From positions 76,221 through 140,220 of the forward strand of contig CAVYZL010000002.1 of the NCBI GenBank assembly GCA_963773055.1: a stretch of 64,000 nucleotides of DNA. The letters are read 5' to 3'. The notes beneath the pieces are model-generated. The model did no database searches. It had not been told where the DNA came from and saw only the letters and a program-made list of their open reading frames with translations. Positions 28,128 to 38,352 of this stretch are shown here, one piece after another (within the stretch, counting starts at the first letter, position 1; each line of letters starts with the position of its first letter). The translations under genes were made by a program, and so were the position numbers. This DNA is from an uncultured Actinomycetes bacterium (lineage in GTDB: Bacteria > Actinomycetota > Thermoleophilia > Gaiellales > Gaiellaceae).

Positions 28128-29117
28128 ATGCTAACCGTGCGTGCGATGGTGCTCGATGCGCCCGGGTCGCTCCTGCGCGAGGCGCGAATCGACGATCCCG
28201 AGCCAGCCCCGGGCGAGATCGTCGTGTCCGTCACCGCCTGCGGGGTCTGCCGGACCGACCTGCACATCGTCGATGGCGACCTTGCGGAGCCGAAGCTCCC
28301 ACTCGTGCTTGGACACCAGGTCGTCGGGCGAGCGGTGACGGCGGGCGAGCGCTTCTCGGCCGGCGATCCGGTCGGGATCCCCTGGCTTGCCTGGACATGC
28401 GGGGAATGCCGTTACTGCCTGAGCGGCCGCGAGAACCTCTGCGACCGCGCCCGCTTCACGGGCTACCACGTGGACGGCGGATACGCAGAGCTGGCAGTTG
28501 CCGACGAACGCTTCTGTGTTGCGTTGCCCGAGACGTACGTCGCGCCCGAGGCGGCGCCGCTCCTGTGCGCCGGGCTGATCGGCTATCGCGCGCTCCGCCT
28601 CGCCGGCGATGCCGAGCGGCTCGGCCTCTACGGGTTCGGCGCCTCTGCGCACATCGTCTGCCAGGTTGCGCGCCACGAGGGCAGGCGTGTCTTCGCCTTC
28701 ACGCGCGCCGACGATTCCGCGGCGCAGGAGCTTGCGCGCTCGCTCGGCGCGGAATGGGCCGGAGACGCCCTCGGGCCGGCGCCGGAGGAGCTCGACGCCG
28801 CGATCGTGTTCGCCCCGGCAGGGGAGCTCGTGGTGGCGGCGCTCCGCGCGACCGCCAAGGGCGGGTGCGTCGTGTGCGCCGGCATCCACATGACGGACAT
28901 CCCTTCCTTCCCCTACGAGCTGCTCTGGGGCGAGCGGGTAGTCCGCTCCGTCGCAAACCTCACACGCGCCGACGCGTCCGGGTTCATCGAGCTCGCACCC
29001 CGGGTGCCCGTCCGAACGGAGGTGGAGACGTTCCCGCTCGGGGAGGCGAACGCCGCGCTCGCACGGTTGCGGGCCGGCGACGTCCGCGGTGCGGCCGTGC
29101 TCGTCGTGGAAAGCTAG
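28128..29117 (+). CDS. Zinc-binding alcohol dehydrogenase family protein
   Basis: ACGVCRTDLHIVDG, GHQVVG and CGECRYCLSGRENLC. Diverges from hpnC with only 6 nt between start codons. An alternative ATG lies at 28146. Confidence 0.85.
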   Translation: MLTVRAMVLDAPGSLLREARIDDPEPAPGEIVVSVTACGVCRTDLHIVDGDLAEPKLPLVLGHQVVGRAVTAGERFSAGDPVGIPWLAWTCGECRYCLSGRENLCDRARFTGYHVDGGYAELAVADERFCVALPETYVAPEAAPLLCAGLIGYRALRLAGDAERLGLYGFGASAHIVCQVARHEGRRVFAFTRADDSAAQELARSLGAEWAGDALGPAPEELDAAIVFAPAGELVVAALRATAKGGCVVCAGIHMTDIPSFPYELLWGERVVRSVANLTRADASGFIELAPRVPVRTEVETFPLGEANAALARLRAGDVRGAAVLVVES

Positions 29118-29122
29118 GCCCA

Positions 29123-29809
29123 ATGGCGACGCCCTCGATCGAGAGCCTCTACGCGAAGCATCCCGCTCTCCGCGAGGCTGAGACCAAGGGCGAGCACCGG
29201 CTGGAGAGCAGGCGGCCGATCTTGCGCCTGCTCGAGCCCGGGACGACCGGCGCCGAGCTCGGCGTGTTCACGGGGCTGTTCTCGGAGGTGATCGTCGCCG
29301 ACGTCAAGCCCGTCGTGCTCCATCTCGTCGACCCGTGGGCGCTTGCCTACGGCGAGCGCTACCCCGACTGGGGGGCCTACACGGACGGCGGAAGGCTGAC
29401 GACCGCCGCCGCGCAGGAAGCCGCCGAGTCGCGCGCGGAGGCGGCGCAGCCCGCCTGCGACGCCCAGGTGCACGTGACGACGTCGACCGCCTGGCTCGAA
29501 TCGATCGACGACCATACGCTCGACTGGGCGTATGTCGACTCGACGCACGAGTATGAGGAGACCCGGGAGGAGCTCGATCTGCTCGCGAGCAAGATCCAGC
29601 CGAACGGCCTCGTGCTCGGCGACGACTGGCAGCCCAACCCGGACCACCCGCACCATGGAGTGTTTCGCGCCGTCCACGGCGCTATTCGGGAAGGCCTGTT
29701 CGACGTGATCCGCGTCGATGAGCACATACAGTGGGCGCTTCGCCCGGCGGCGCGTTACGGGCTCGCGGGGCGCGTCCGGCGGGCAGCGCGCACGCGACTC
29801 AAGCGCTGA
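29123..29809 (+). CDS. Class I SAM-dependent methyltransferase
   Basis: ELGVFTGLFSEVI (motif I-like) and WAYVDSTHEYEETREELDLLASKIQPNGLVLGDDW. In-frame part of ORF 28397..29809. Confidence 0.7.
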   Translation: MATPSIESLYAKHPALREAETKGEHRLESRRPILRLLEPGTTGAELGVFTGLFSEVIVADVKPVVLHLVDPWALAYGERYPDWGAYTDGGRLTTAAAQEAAESRAEAAQPACDAQVHVTTSTAWLESIDDHTLDWAYVDSTHEYEETREELDLLASKIQPNGLVLGDDWQPNPDHPHHGVFRAVHGAIREGLFDVIRVDEHIQWALRPAARYGLAGRVRRAARTRLKR

Positions 29810-29881
29810 CCGGATCTTCACAGGAGCGTCACCGAGGCGTTACCCACGGCCCCGGCCGCAGCGCCCAGAATCCCGCACGAG

Positions 29882-30082
29882 ATGATGCTCCAGTCGGCTC
29901 CACGCCCAACCGACTCGCTCTCTTGGGCTGCCCAAGACGGGGACCACGTGGAGCCGGCTGGGCTCATCCTCCGCGACGCCGAGAGGCGCGCGGCGATTCG
30001 CGTGCTCTACGTCGTCAAGGACAACTTCTGGCTCGACGACGTCGAGGAGTCGCTCCTCGAGCGGCTCCTCGAAACCGCCTGA
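29882..30082 (+). CDS. Hypothetical small protein
   Basis: 66-aa ORF. The 3' half has strong GC3 bias (RVLYVVKDNFWLDDVEESLLERLLETA). Start is uncertain. Confidence 0.35.
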   Translation: MMLQSAPRPTDSLSWAAQDGDHVEPAGLILRDAERRAAIRVLYVVKDNFWLDDVEESLLERLLETA

Positions 30083-30099
30083 CGAGAGAGGAGCCGAGC

Positions 30100-30402
30100 A
30101 TGTTCGCAACCATCAGGTCGTACCGCGTGACGGACGCCGAGGCGCTCTTCGAGCTCGAGCGCGAGGAGTTCGTGCCCATCGTCGAGACCGTGCCTGGACT
30201 CGTCGCGTACTACGTGCTCGACACCGGCGTCGGGACGGTCAGCTCGATCACCGTCTGCGAGAACAGGGAAGGTCTCCACGAGTCGGCGTCTCGCGCCGCG
30301 TCGTGGGTGGAGGAGCGTGCGCTCGAGCTGATCGAGTCCGGCCCCGAGGTGGTCACCGGCGAGGTGACCGCCGTGGCGACGCAGATCGAGCTCGCCGCCT
30401 AG
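30100..30402 (+). CDS. Small ABM-like (dimeric alpha/beta barrel) protein, tentative
   Basis: MFATIRSYRVTDAEALFE ... GLVAYYVLDTGVGTVSSITVCENREG. GAGAGGAG Shine-Dalgarno sequence 6 nt upstream. Confidence 0.6.
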   Translation: MFATIRSYRVTDAEALFELEREEFVPIVETVPGLVAYYVLDTGVGTVSSITVCENREGLHESASRAASWVEERALELIESGPEVVTGEVTAVATQIELAA

Positions 30403-30421
30403 CACGGTCCGAGCGGGGGAA

Positions 30422-30447
30422 GGGGCCTGCGCCGCAGCGCAGGCCCC
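30422..30447 (+). terminator. Strong GC hairpin (11-bp perfect stem, CGCA loop) downstream of the ABM-like gene
   Basis: GGGGCCTGCGC-cgca-GCGCAGGCCCC followed by TCTCGGATCGCTTCTC. Confidence 0.6.
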
Positions 30448-30496
30448 TCTCGGATCGCTTCTCAGCCGAACAGCCGGTGGGCGTAGGCTTCCGGCC

Positions 30497-33400
30497 ATGG
30501 TCACCTGCGCGCGCTGCGGCCAGGAGAACCCGGAGGCTGCACGCTTCTGCAACGCGTGCGGGGCGCCTCTCGAGGCGGCCGAGGAGACACGGCTCGAGGA
30601 GCGCAAGGTCGTGACGGTCCTCTTCGCCGATCTCGTCGGCTTCACCTCGCGCGCCGAGCAGATGGATCCCGAGGAGGTGCGCGCGCTGCTTCGCCCGTAC
30701 CACGCGCGGCTCCGGGACGAGCTCGAGCGCTTCGGCGGCACCGTCGAGAAGTTCATCGGCGACGCGGTGATGGCGGTCTTCGGCGCCCCGGTCGCGCACG
30801 AGGACGACGCCGAACGCGCTGTCCGCGCGGCGCTCGCGATCCGCGACTGGATCCTCGACGAGCAGGCAGAGCTCCAGCTCCGTATCGGCGTCAACACGGG
30901 CCAGGCACTCGTCTCGCTCGGCGCGCGGCCGGAGGAAGGCGAGGGCATGGTCGCGGGCGACGTCGTCAACACCGCTGCGCGGCTCCAGTCGAACGCGCCG
31001 GTCAACGGCATCCTCGTCGGCGAGACGACATGGCGCGCGACCCACGACGCGATCGACTACCGCGAGGCGGAGCCCGTGCAGGCGAAGGGCAAGTCCGATC
31101 CTGTCGACGTGTGGGAGGCGATCGAGGCGCGCGGCCGCGTCGGTGTCGACATCTCGGGCCGGGTGCGGACGCCGCTCGTCGGGCGCCGCCGCGAGCTCGA
31201 CACGCTGCTCGATGCGTTCGAGCGCGTGCGAAGCGGGCGCTCCGCACAGCTCGTGACCCTCGTCGGGGAGCCGGGCATCGGCAAGAGCCGGCTCGTCTAC
31301 GAGCTCTTCCAGACGGTCGAGCGGGACCCCGAGCTCGTCTACTGGCGTCAGGGTCGCTCGCTCCCGTACGGCGAGGGCATCAGCTTCTGGGCGCTCGGCG
31401 AGATGGTGAAGGCGCACGCAGGCATCCTCGAGACGGACACGGAGGACGAGGCCGAGCGGAAGCTCCACGACGTCGTCGCGCGAGACAGTCCCGGCAGAGG
31501 ACGTCGAATGGACGCTCCCCATCTCCGGCCGCTCGCGGGCATCGAGGATGCGGGCGGCGAGAACCGACAACCAGGACGAGGCGTTCGCAGCCTGGCGGGG
31601 CTTCCTCGAGGGGATCGCAGACCAGAGCCCGCTCGTCCTCGTCTTCGAGGATCTCCACTGGGCCGACGAGGGCTTGCTCGACTTCGTCGACCACCTCGTC
31701 GACTGGGCGACGCGCGTGCCGCTGCTCGTCGTCGGCCACTGCCCGGCCGGAGCTGCTCTCGCGCCGCGCGGGCTGGGGCGGCGGCAAGACGAACGCGCTC
31801 ACGCTCTCGCACGGCCCCGCTGTCGCAGCGACGAGACGGCGGAGCTCGTCCACGCGCTGCTCGAGCGCGCTGCGATCCCCGCAGACATCCAGGCGACGCT
31901 GCTCGAGCGGTCGGGCGGCAACCCGCTCTACGCCGAGGAGTTCGTACGCCTCCTCGACGAGCGAGCGGAGGGCGCAGCGTTGCCAGAGACGGTGCAGGGG
32001 ATCATCGCGGCCCGCCTCGACGTCCTCGAGCGTGAGGAGAAGGAGCTGCTCCAGGACGCGGCCGTGCTCGGCCGCGTGTTCTGGGTCGGCGGGCTCGGCC
32101 ACGACCGCGAGACGGCCGAGGCAGCGCTGCACCGGCTCGAGCGGCGCGAGTTCGTCCAGCGCGAGCGCCGGAGCACGGTCGCCGGCGAGACGGAGTACGC
32201 GTTCCGCCACGCGCTCGTTCGCGAGGTCGCGTACGAGCAGATCCCGCGCGCCCAGCGTGGCGAGAAGCACCGCCGCGTCGCCGACTGGCTCGAGACGCTC
32301 GGCCGTTCGGAAGATCTCGCCGAGCTGCTCGCGCACCACTACCTCGCCGATTCTCGAGTACTCGGAGCCGGACGCCGAGCTCGCCGCGCGGGCCGCGCAC
32401 GCCCTCGGAGAGGCAGGAGATCGCGCGCTCGCACTCAACGCATACACAGCCGCTGCAGGCTTCTATCGGCGCGCGCTCGAGGTCGCGGGCGATGACGAGC
32501 GCGAGCCCAACTGCTCTACGGCCTCGGTAGCGCGCTCGCCGCCCTCGCCGACGCCGAGGCCGTCGATCGCCTCGTCGAGGCGTCGGCCTCTCTCCAGGCG
32601 GCGGGTGACGTGGAGATGGCCGCCGAGGCCGAAGCGAGTCCTCGCACAGATCGCGTGGAACACCGGCGATGCGCCGGCGGTCGACGGAGCACTTCCAGCG
32701 GGCGTTCGAGCTCGTCCAAGGGCGTCCGCCGTCCGCGGCACACGCACGCGCGCTCGGCCAGGCCGCTCGCTTCCAGATGCTCGCCGGCAGCCGCACCGAA
32801 GCGATCGAGACGGGCGTGCGAGGCGGAGCGGATGGCCGCCGAGCTCGGCCTCGACGCAGTCCGAGCCGATGCGCTCGCGACCATCGGCACGGCTCGCGGG
32901 GACATGGGCGATCCGAGAGGAGACGCGGACCTCGAACTGGCGATCGAGCTGGCAGAGGCCGCAAGCGCGCCGCTTGCCCTCTCCCGCGCGATCAACAACT
33001 CTCGTTCCTGGGCCGGCACCTTCGACCTCCAGCGATCCTACGCGCTCACGGACCGGAACTACGAGACGATGCAGCGGCTACGGCCACGTCGGGCAGATCT
33101 GGTGGGCGCGCGGCCAGCTCGCCGACACGTCGTTCGAAACGGGCCGGTGGGACGAGGCGCTCGAGCACGTCGACGCTGTCATCGCCTACGTCGAGGCGGG
33201 CACACCCCACTACTTCGAAGGAGGCTGCCGTCTCGTGCGCGCCGCGATCGCATTTGCACGCGGCGATGACCGCACGTTCGAGGCGGACATCGAGCGGGTC
33301 CTCGTGCTGGCCGAGAAGGCGACCGACGCCCAGGCGAAAGCCCCCGACTTCGTTTCCGTCGCCTACCTCCGCCTCGGGCTGGTGATCGGTGCCAGGCGAC

Positions 33401-33810
33401 GCAGTTGCTCGACTCGGCGCTCGAGATCGCCCGCACCTCCGAAGATCGGCATGGAGCTCATCACAGTACGAGGCGAGCGCTCGTGGCTAGCGCTCCTCGA
33501 GCTCGACCCGCGCAGAGCTCGGCGTACTGCGCCGTCTGAGACGGAGACACCGCGTCAGCGAGCAACCGCAGCGTTGCTCGAAGGCGATCTCCTGCGGACG
33601 CCGCGGACGCGCTCGCCGAGCTCGGGAAGGTGAACGACGAGGCGTACCTCCGGCTCCGCGTCGGCAGCCGAGCTGCTGGCCGCCGGACGCGAGGACGAGG
33701 GGCGCGCGCAGATCGAGCGCGCGCTCGCGTTCTACCGCGGCGTGCGCGCGACGCGGTTCATCGCCGAGGCTGAGGCGCTCCTCGCGAGCGCCGAGCAGCG
33801 CACGGCGTAG
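30497..33810 (+). pseudogene. Zinc-ribbon / class III nucleotide cyclase / P-loop ATPase / TPR multidomain regulator, broken by about 10 frameshifts
   Basis: Domains in order: CARCGQENPEAARFCNACG, then a cyclase (VVTVLFADLVGFTS, FIGDAVMAVFGAP, VNTAARL), then Walker A GEPGIGKSRL. Pieces then cycle through all three frames: LVLVFEDLHWADEG, GGNPLYAEEF, TPR-like helices, and the end ALAFYRGVRATRFIAEAEALLASAEQRTA. Confidence 0.75.
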
Positions 33811-34253
33811 TGCGCGCCGCGCTCCTCGTAGTCCTCCCTCTCTCCGTCGCGCTAGCCGGGTGCGGCGGGGGCGGAGCGCTGACGCGCGCGCAGTACCTGT
33901 CCAAGGTCGACGCGGCGTGCGAGGCGTTCCACGAGCGGGAAAGCGAGATCGGCGAGCCGAAGACGGTGCGCGATCTCGCGCTGCGTGGACCAAAGATCCT
34001 CGCCGTGTTCGACGACACGCTGCTCGAGGAAGTCGCCTCCCTCGACCCGCCGAAGGCGATCGCCGGCCAGGCGCGCCGGCTCGTCGCGGTCGCCCGCCTG
34101 CAGCGAGCCACGCTGGTCGAGCTCGTCCAGGCGGCGCAGCGTCACGATCTCTCCGACGTTCAGCAGCTCCAGGCGACGAACGCCGCGCTCAACAAGCAGG
34201 CGGCGGCGCTGGCGCGAAAGCTGGGCGCGAGCCGCTGCGCGCAAGGATCCTGA
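33810..34253 (+). CDS. Putative lipoprotein
   Basis: MRAALLVVLPLSVALAGCGG is a signal peptide with a lipobox (LAGC). 147 aa, helical Ala/Leu-rich mature part. Confidence 0.65.
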   Translation: MRAALLVVLPLSVALAGCGGGGALTRAQYLSKVDAACEAFHERESEIGEPKTVRDLALRGPKILAVFDDTLLEEVASLDPPKAIAGQARRLVAVARLQRATLVELVQAAQRHDLSDVQQLQATNAALNKQAAALARKLGASRCAQGS

Positions 34254-34360
34254 ACCAACGGGCAGGAGCCGATACTGGCCGTTCTCATGGCGAGGGCCGA
34301 CGGGCGGTGGGAGAGAATCGCCTGCAAAGTGCGCTCTTTGTCCCACGATCCCGCGCGGCA

Positions 34361-35469
34361 GTGGCCGAGCCGGTAAGGCTCGGAGTCGTCGGCTGCGGCC
34401 TCGTCGCCGAGGGCAGGCACCTGCCTGCGCTCGCGCAGATCGACGAGATCCGCGTCGAAGCGGTGGCGGACGTCGACTTCGCGCGAGCCGAACGCGTCTC
34501 ACGGCGCTTCGGCGTAGCCGCGCGCGTACGAGACGGCGGAGGAGCTAATCGACGATCCGGCGATCGACGCCGTGGCTGTCTGCGTGCCGGCCTCCGCGCA
34601 CGCCGAAGTCGGCCTAGCTGCGCTCGAGCGGCAGAAGCATCTCTACATCGAGAAGCCTCTGGCGCTGAGCCTGACGGAAGCCGACGCACTCGCAGATCGC
34701 GCACGTACGCAGCCGGTCAAGGCGACGATGGGCTTCAATCTGCGTTCCCACCGTCTTGTGCGCGAAGCTCGCCAGATCGTGGCAGCCGGCGGTATCGGGG
34801 TCGTGCAGGCTGTGACGACGACCTTCAACGACGCCCGGCTCGAGCAGGCAGGCCTCCAGCCCTGGCGGACGCGCAGGGCACTCGGCGGCGGGACGCTCTT
34901 GGAGAAGGCCGTTCATCACTTCGACCTCTGGCGCTTTCTGCTTGACGACGAGGTCGTCGAGGTCTTCGCGCGCACTCGCTCCGGCCGGAGCGAGGACGAG
35001 GTGGCGACGGTCTCGGCAGTGACGAAGCGCGGCACGCTCGTCACCGCGTTGTCGTCTGATCTGACGAGCTCCGCGAACGAGGTCGTCGTCTGGGGAGACA
35101 GGGGATCGATCCGGGTGGACCTCTACCGCTTCGACGGCCTCGAGCGGGCTGATCTCGAGGCGCTTCCCGGCTCGCCGCGCGTCAGGCTCGAGCGGTTTGG
35201 CGCCGGTCTGGCGACGCTTCTGCGCACGGCTCCCGAGCTTCGGCGAGGCGGGGTCTTCGACAGCTCATACGGCGCCGCCTGGCGGGCGTTCGCAGCTGCA
35301 ATCCGACGAGACGACGAGACGACGTCGAATCTCGTCGACGGCGTCAGGGCGCTCGAGATCGCAGTTCGCGGCCCAACGATCGGCCGAGAGCGGCGAGCCG
35401 ATCAGGCTCGACGGCCTGCGCGCACGCTCCAAGACCAACGATGTCCTCGCCCGGGAGACGGCCACGTGA
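34361..35469 (+). CDS. Gfo/Idh/MocA family oxidoreductase (module 2), two +1 frameshifts (about 34520 and 35370)
   Basis: VAEPVRLGVVGCGLVAEGRHLP, then YETAEELIDDPAIDAVAVCVP ... EKPLA ... GFNLR ... HHFDLWRFLLDDEV. About 45% identical by eye to 1314..2381. The stop overlaps the next GTG (GTGA). Confidence 0.75.
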
Positions 35470-36449
35470 CTCCGCATGAGCCGAACCTGTCCATCCTCCT
35501 CGTCACCGACTCGCTCGCGACCGTCGCCACCGTGCTGTCCGCCTTTCGCGCCCAGGAGGGGAGCGAGCAGCTCGAGGTCGTGATCGCCGCGCCACGAGAC
35601 GCTGCCATCACAGGAGACGAGCCCGAGCTCCACGGCTTCGGCCGCGTCCAGGTGGTAGCAGGTCGACGATGTCTCAAACATGCCGGCCGCACGTGCATCG
35701 CGCCGTCCGAGCAGCCACGGCTCCACTCCTACTCTTCGCGGAGAGCCACGCCTACCCGCGGCCCGGCTACGTCCAAGCGTTGCTCAAGGCGCACCGTGAG
35801 CGGTGGGTCGTCGTCGGGCCGGCGATCGGAAATGCGAACCCAGACTCCCTCGTCAGCTGGTCGAGCCTCTTCATGGACTATGGGCCCTGGGTGGACTATG
35901 CGGAGAGCGGACCGATGCACGACGTACCCGGCCACAACAGCGTCTACAAGCGCTCGATCCTCATGGCGCTCGACTCGCGGATGGCCGAGCTGATGACGGC
36001 GGACAGCATCATGCACGGAGAGCTCCGCAGGGCGGGCTATGAGCTAGCCATGGAGCCGGAGGCTGTCGTGGATCACCTGAACGTATCCGGCTTCTACTGG
36101 GCGCTGCGGGAGCGCTTTCAGTCCGGGCGCGCGTTCGGCGCGGTTCGGGCGCGCAACTGGTCGCCGCCGCGCAGGCTTGCGTACACGCTCGCATCGCCGC
36201 TGATTCCCTTTGTCCGCCTCCGGCGGATGCTCTCGGACATCCGGCGAACTGGGCGCTCTGAGCAGCTACTTCCGCAGGTGCTGCCGGTGCTGACTCTCTC
36301 GCTCTTCGTCAGCGCGGCGGGCGAGGCCGTCGGCTATGCGACTCCGCAGGAAGGGTGGCGGCTTGATGCTCCTCTACGACATGGAGCTGCACAAGACGTA
36401 CTATCTCGCCCGAACGGATCGGTTCAACGAGCAGCTGCAAGGGGCGTGA
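35466..36449 (+). pseudogene. GT-A fold (GT2-like) ExH-variant paralog (module 2, copy a), three +1 frameshifts
   Basis: VTPHEPNLSILLVTD ... then LLLFAESHAYPRPGYV ... WSSLFMDYGPWVDY ... GHNSVYKRS ... ending LMLLYDMELHKTYYLARTDRFNEQLQGA in a third frame. Confidence 0.7.
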
Positions 36450-36453
36450 ACTG

Positions 36454-37452
36454 ATGGTCAGCGAACAGCCCGTGCTCTCCGTTCTCCTACCGACCGACTC
36501 GCTCTCGACCGTCCGCGATTCGCTCGAGTGCTTCCGTACACAGGAGGACAACGAGCAGCTCGAGATCGTGATCGCTGCACCGGTTGAAGCCCGCATCGAT
36601 GGAAGCGAGCCCGAGCTTGCTGGGTTCCAGCACGTTCAGATCGTCGAGATCGAGAGGCGTGACTGGGAGGCGGGTGACCTGACGAGGCTGACGAAGGCGT
36701 GCGCACGCGCGGTCCGTGTCGCGCGTGGGCCGCTTGTCGTGTTCGCCGAGAGTCATGCTTTCCCGCGACCGGGCTATGTCAGAGCTCTGATCCGGGCTCA
36801 CGCGGAGCCCTGGGGAGCCGTCGGTCCCTCGGTCTCGAACGCGAACCCCTCAGCCGTGAGCTGGTCGAGCCTGTTCATGGACTACGGGCGGTGGGTCGAC
36901 TACGCGGAGCGTGGCCCAAAGGACGACGTGCCCGGCCACAACAGCGCCTATAGGCGCACGGCCCTGCTCGCCCTCGGGCCGAGGCTGGACGACCTGTTGC
37001 ACGCCAACAGCGTCATGCACGCTGAGTTACGCGCTGCAGGCTACGAGCTGATGATGGAACCCGATGCCGTCGTCGATCATATGAACGTCTCAAGCTTTGG
37101 CTGGTCGATGCGCGAGCGCTTCCAGTCGGGCCGGAATTTCGCAGCAGTCCGGTGCCGGGACTGGCCGACGCACCGGAGAGCCGCTTATACCCTAGGAGCC
37201 CCGCTGATCCCTCCCGTGCGGTTGTGGAGAACCCTGCGTGAGGTTCGCCGAGCACGCCGGTCGCGACAGCTCCCGCAGATACTTCCCGTGCTCCTGATCG
37301 CCCTCTGCTTCGGAGCCGCGGGTGAGGCAACCGGCTACGCAACCGGGAGATCGGGTGAGACGCGACTGCTCTGCGACATCGAACTGCACCGCACGCAGTA
37401 CCTGAAGCCGTCGCATCGACGACGTTGGCAGCCGGCTCTGGAGCCCGCGTGA
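36454..37452 (+). CDS. GT-A fold (GT2-like) ExH-variant paralog (module 2, copy b)
   Basis: Intact 332-aa ORF with LSVLLPTD, VVFAESHAFPRPGYV, WSSLFMDYGRWVDY and GHNSAYRRTALLALG. Confidence 0.75.
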   Translation: MVSEQPVLSVLLPTDSLSTVRDSLECFRTQEDNEQLEIVIAAPVEARIDGSEPELAGFQHVQIVEIERRDWEAGDLTRLTKACARAVRVARGPLVVFAESHAFPRPGYVRALIRAHAEPWGAVGPSVSNANPSAVSWSSLFMDYGRWVDYAERGPKDDVPGHNSAYRRTALLALGPRLDDLLHANSVMHAELRAAGYELMMEPDAVVDHMNVSSFGWSMRERFQSGRNFAAVRCRDWPTHRRAAYTLGAPLIPPVRLWRTLREVRRARRSRQLPQILPVLLIALCFGAAGEATGYATGRSGETRLLCDIELHRTQYLKPSHRRRWQPALEPA

Positions 37453-38352
37453 CGCCGAAGGCGCTGCCATTCTGCTCCGTGATCGTCCCGACTCGAAACC
37501 GGCCAGATTCGCTTGCAGAATGTGTCGCCGCCCTCTCGCGATTGGACTACCCGAGCGATCGCTTCGAGGTGATCGTGGTCGACGACGGAAGCGCGACCCC
37601 GCTCTCGGAGTTGGTCGACGAGGCTCGCGGCAAGGTCTCGATCACGCTTGTCCGCCAGGAGAGCGCAGGTCCCGGCGCGGCGAGGAACACCGGTGCCCGA
37701 ACGGCGCGGGGGGAGTTGCTCGTCTTCACAGACGACGACTGCCGACCCGACCGAGCGTGGCTGCGGCGGATCGCCGACGAGTTCACCGCTCAGGCCGGAG
37801 TGTGGCTTCGGCGGACGCACGATCAACATGCTGAATGAGAACCCGCACGCGGCTACGAGTCAGCTCGTGATCACCGTCGGCTACGCACAGAACAACCATC
37901 AGCCTGACGATGCGCGCTTCTTCGCCTCGAACAACCTGGCCTTTCCGCGTCGATGACTTCCTCGCGCTGGGGGGCTTCGATCCGACCTACAGGACGTCCG
38001 AGGATCGAGACCTCTGCGCTCGCTGGGTGCTCAGCGGCCGCCAGCTCGTCGTACGTGCCAGAAGCCGTCGTCGGTCATGCGAACCCGCTCACCTTCAGCG
38101 GCTTCTGGCGCCAGAACTTCACGTACGGCCAGGGCGCCTTCCGCTTCCATCGCGATCAGGCGACGAAGAGTCGGGAGGCGCGTCGCGATCGAGCCGTCCT
38201 TCTACTGGTCTCTCGCACGCCGCGCATGCCGCGAGAGCGACTCGCTGCGCGGATCGCTGGTCGCCCTGTGGCTCCTCTGTGTCTGGCACGTGGCGAACAC
38301 GATCGGCTTCCTCCACGAGTGGTGGCGGCTGCGAGGCCAGCGAGACCAAGGA
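37449..38352 (+). pseudogene. Family 2 glycosyltransferase (module 2), four +1 frameshifts; 3' boundary unresolved
   Basis: GTGA-overlapping start. CSVIVPTRNR, AGPGAARNTG and LVFTDDDCRPDRAW. Then GGRTINMLNE, VDDFLALGGFDPTYRTSEDRDLCARW, YVPEAVVGHA and IEPSFYWSLA..WHVANTIGFLHEW lie in successive frames. No in-frame stop before the GT4 N-terminus. Confidence 0.7.

Noticed and set aside
4229-33810. The class III cyclases or the STAND-like ATPase as an antiphage signalling system (CBASS/Pycsar/Avs-like)
   Set aside because: The cyclase domains are ordinary class III adenylate/guanylate cyclases, not CD-NTase or Pycsar-type. They have sensor (CHASE2) or regulator (ATPase-TPR) architectures and no adjacent effector genes. 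Nothing supports a defence role.
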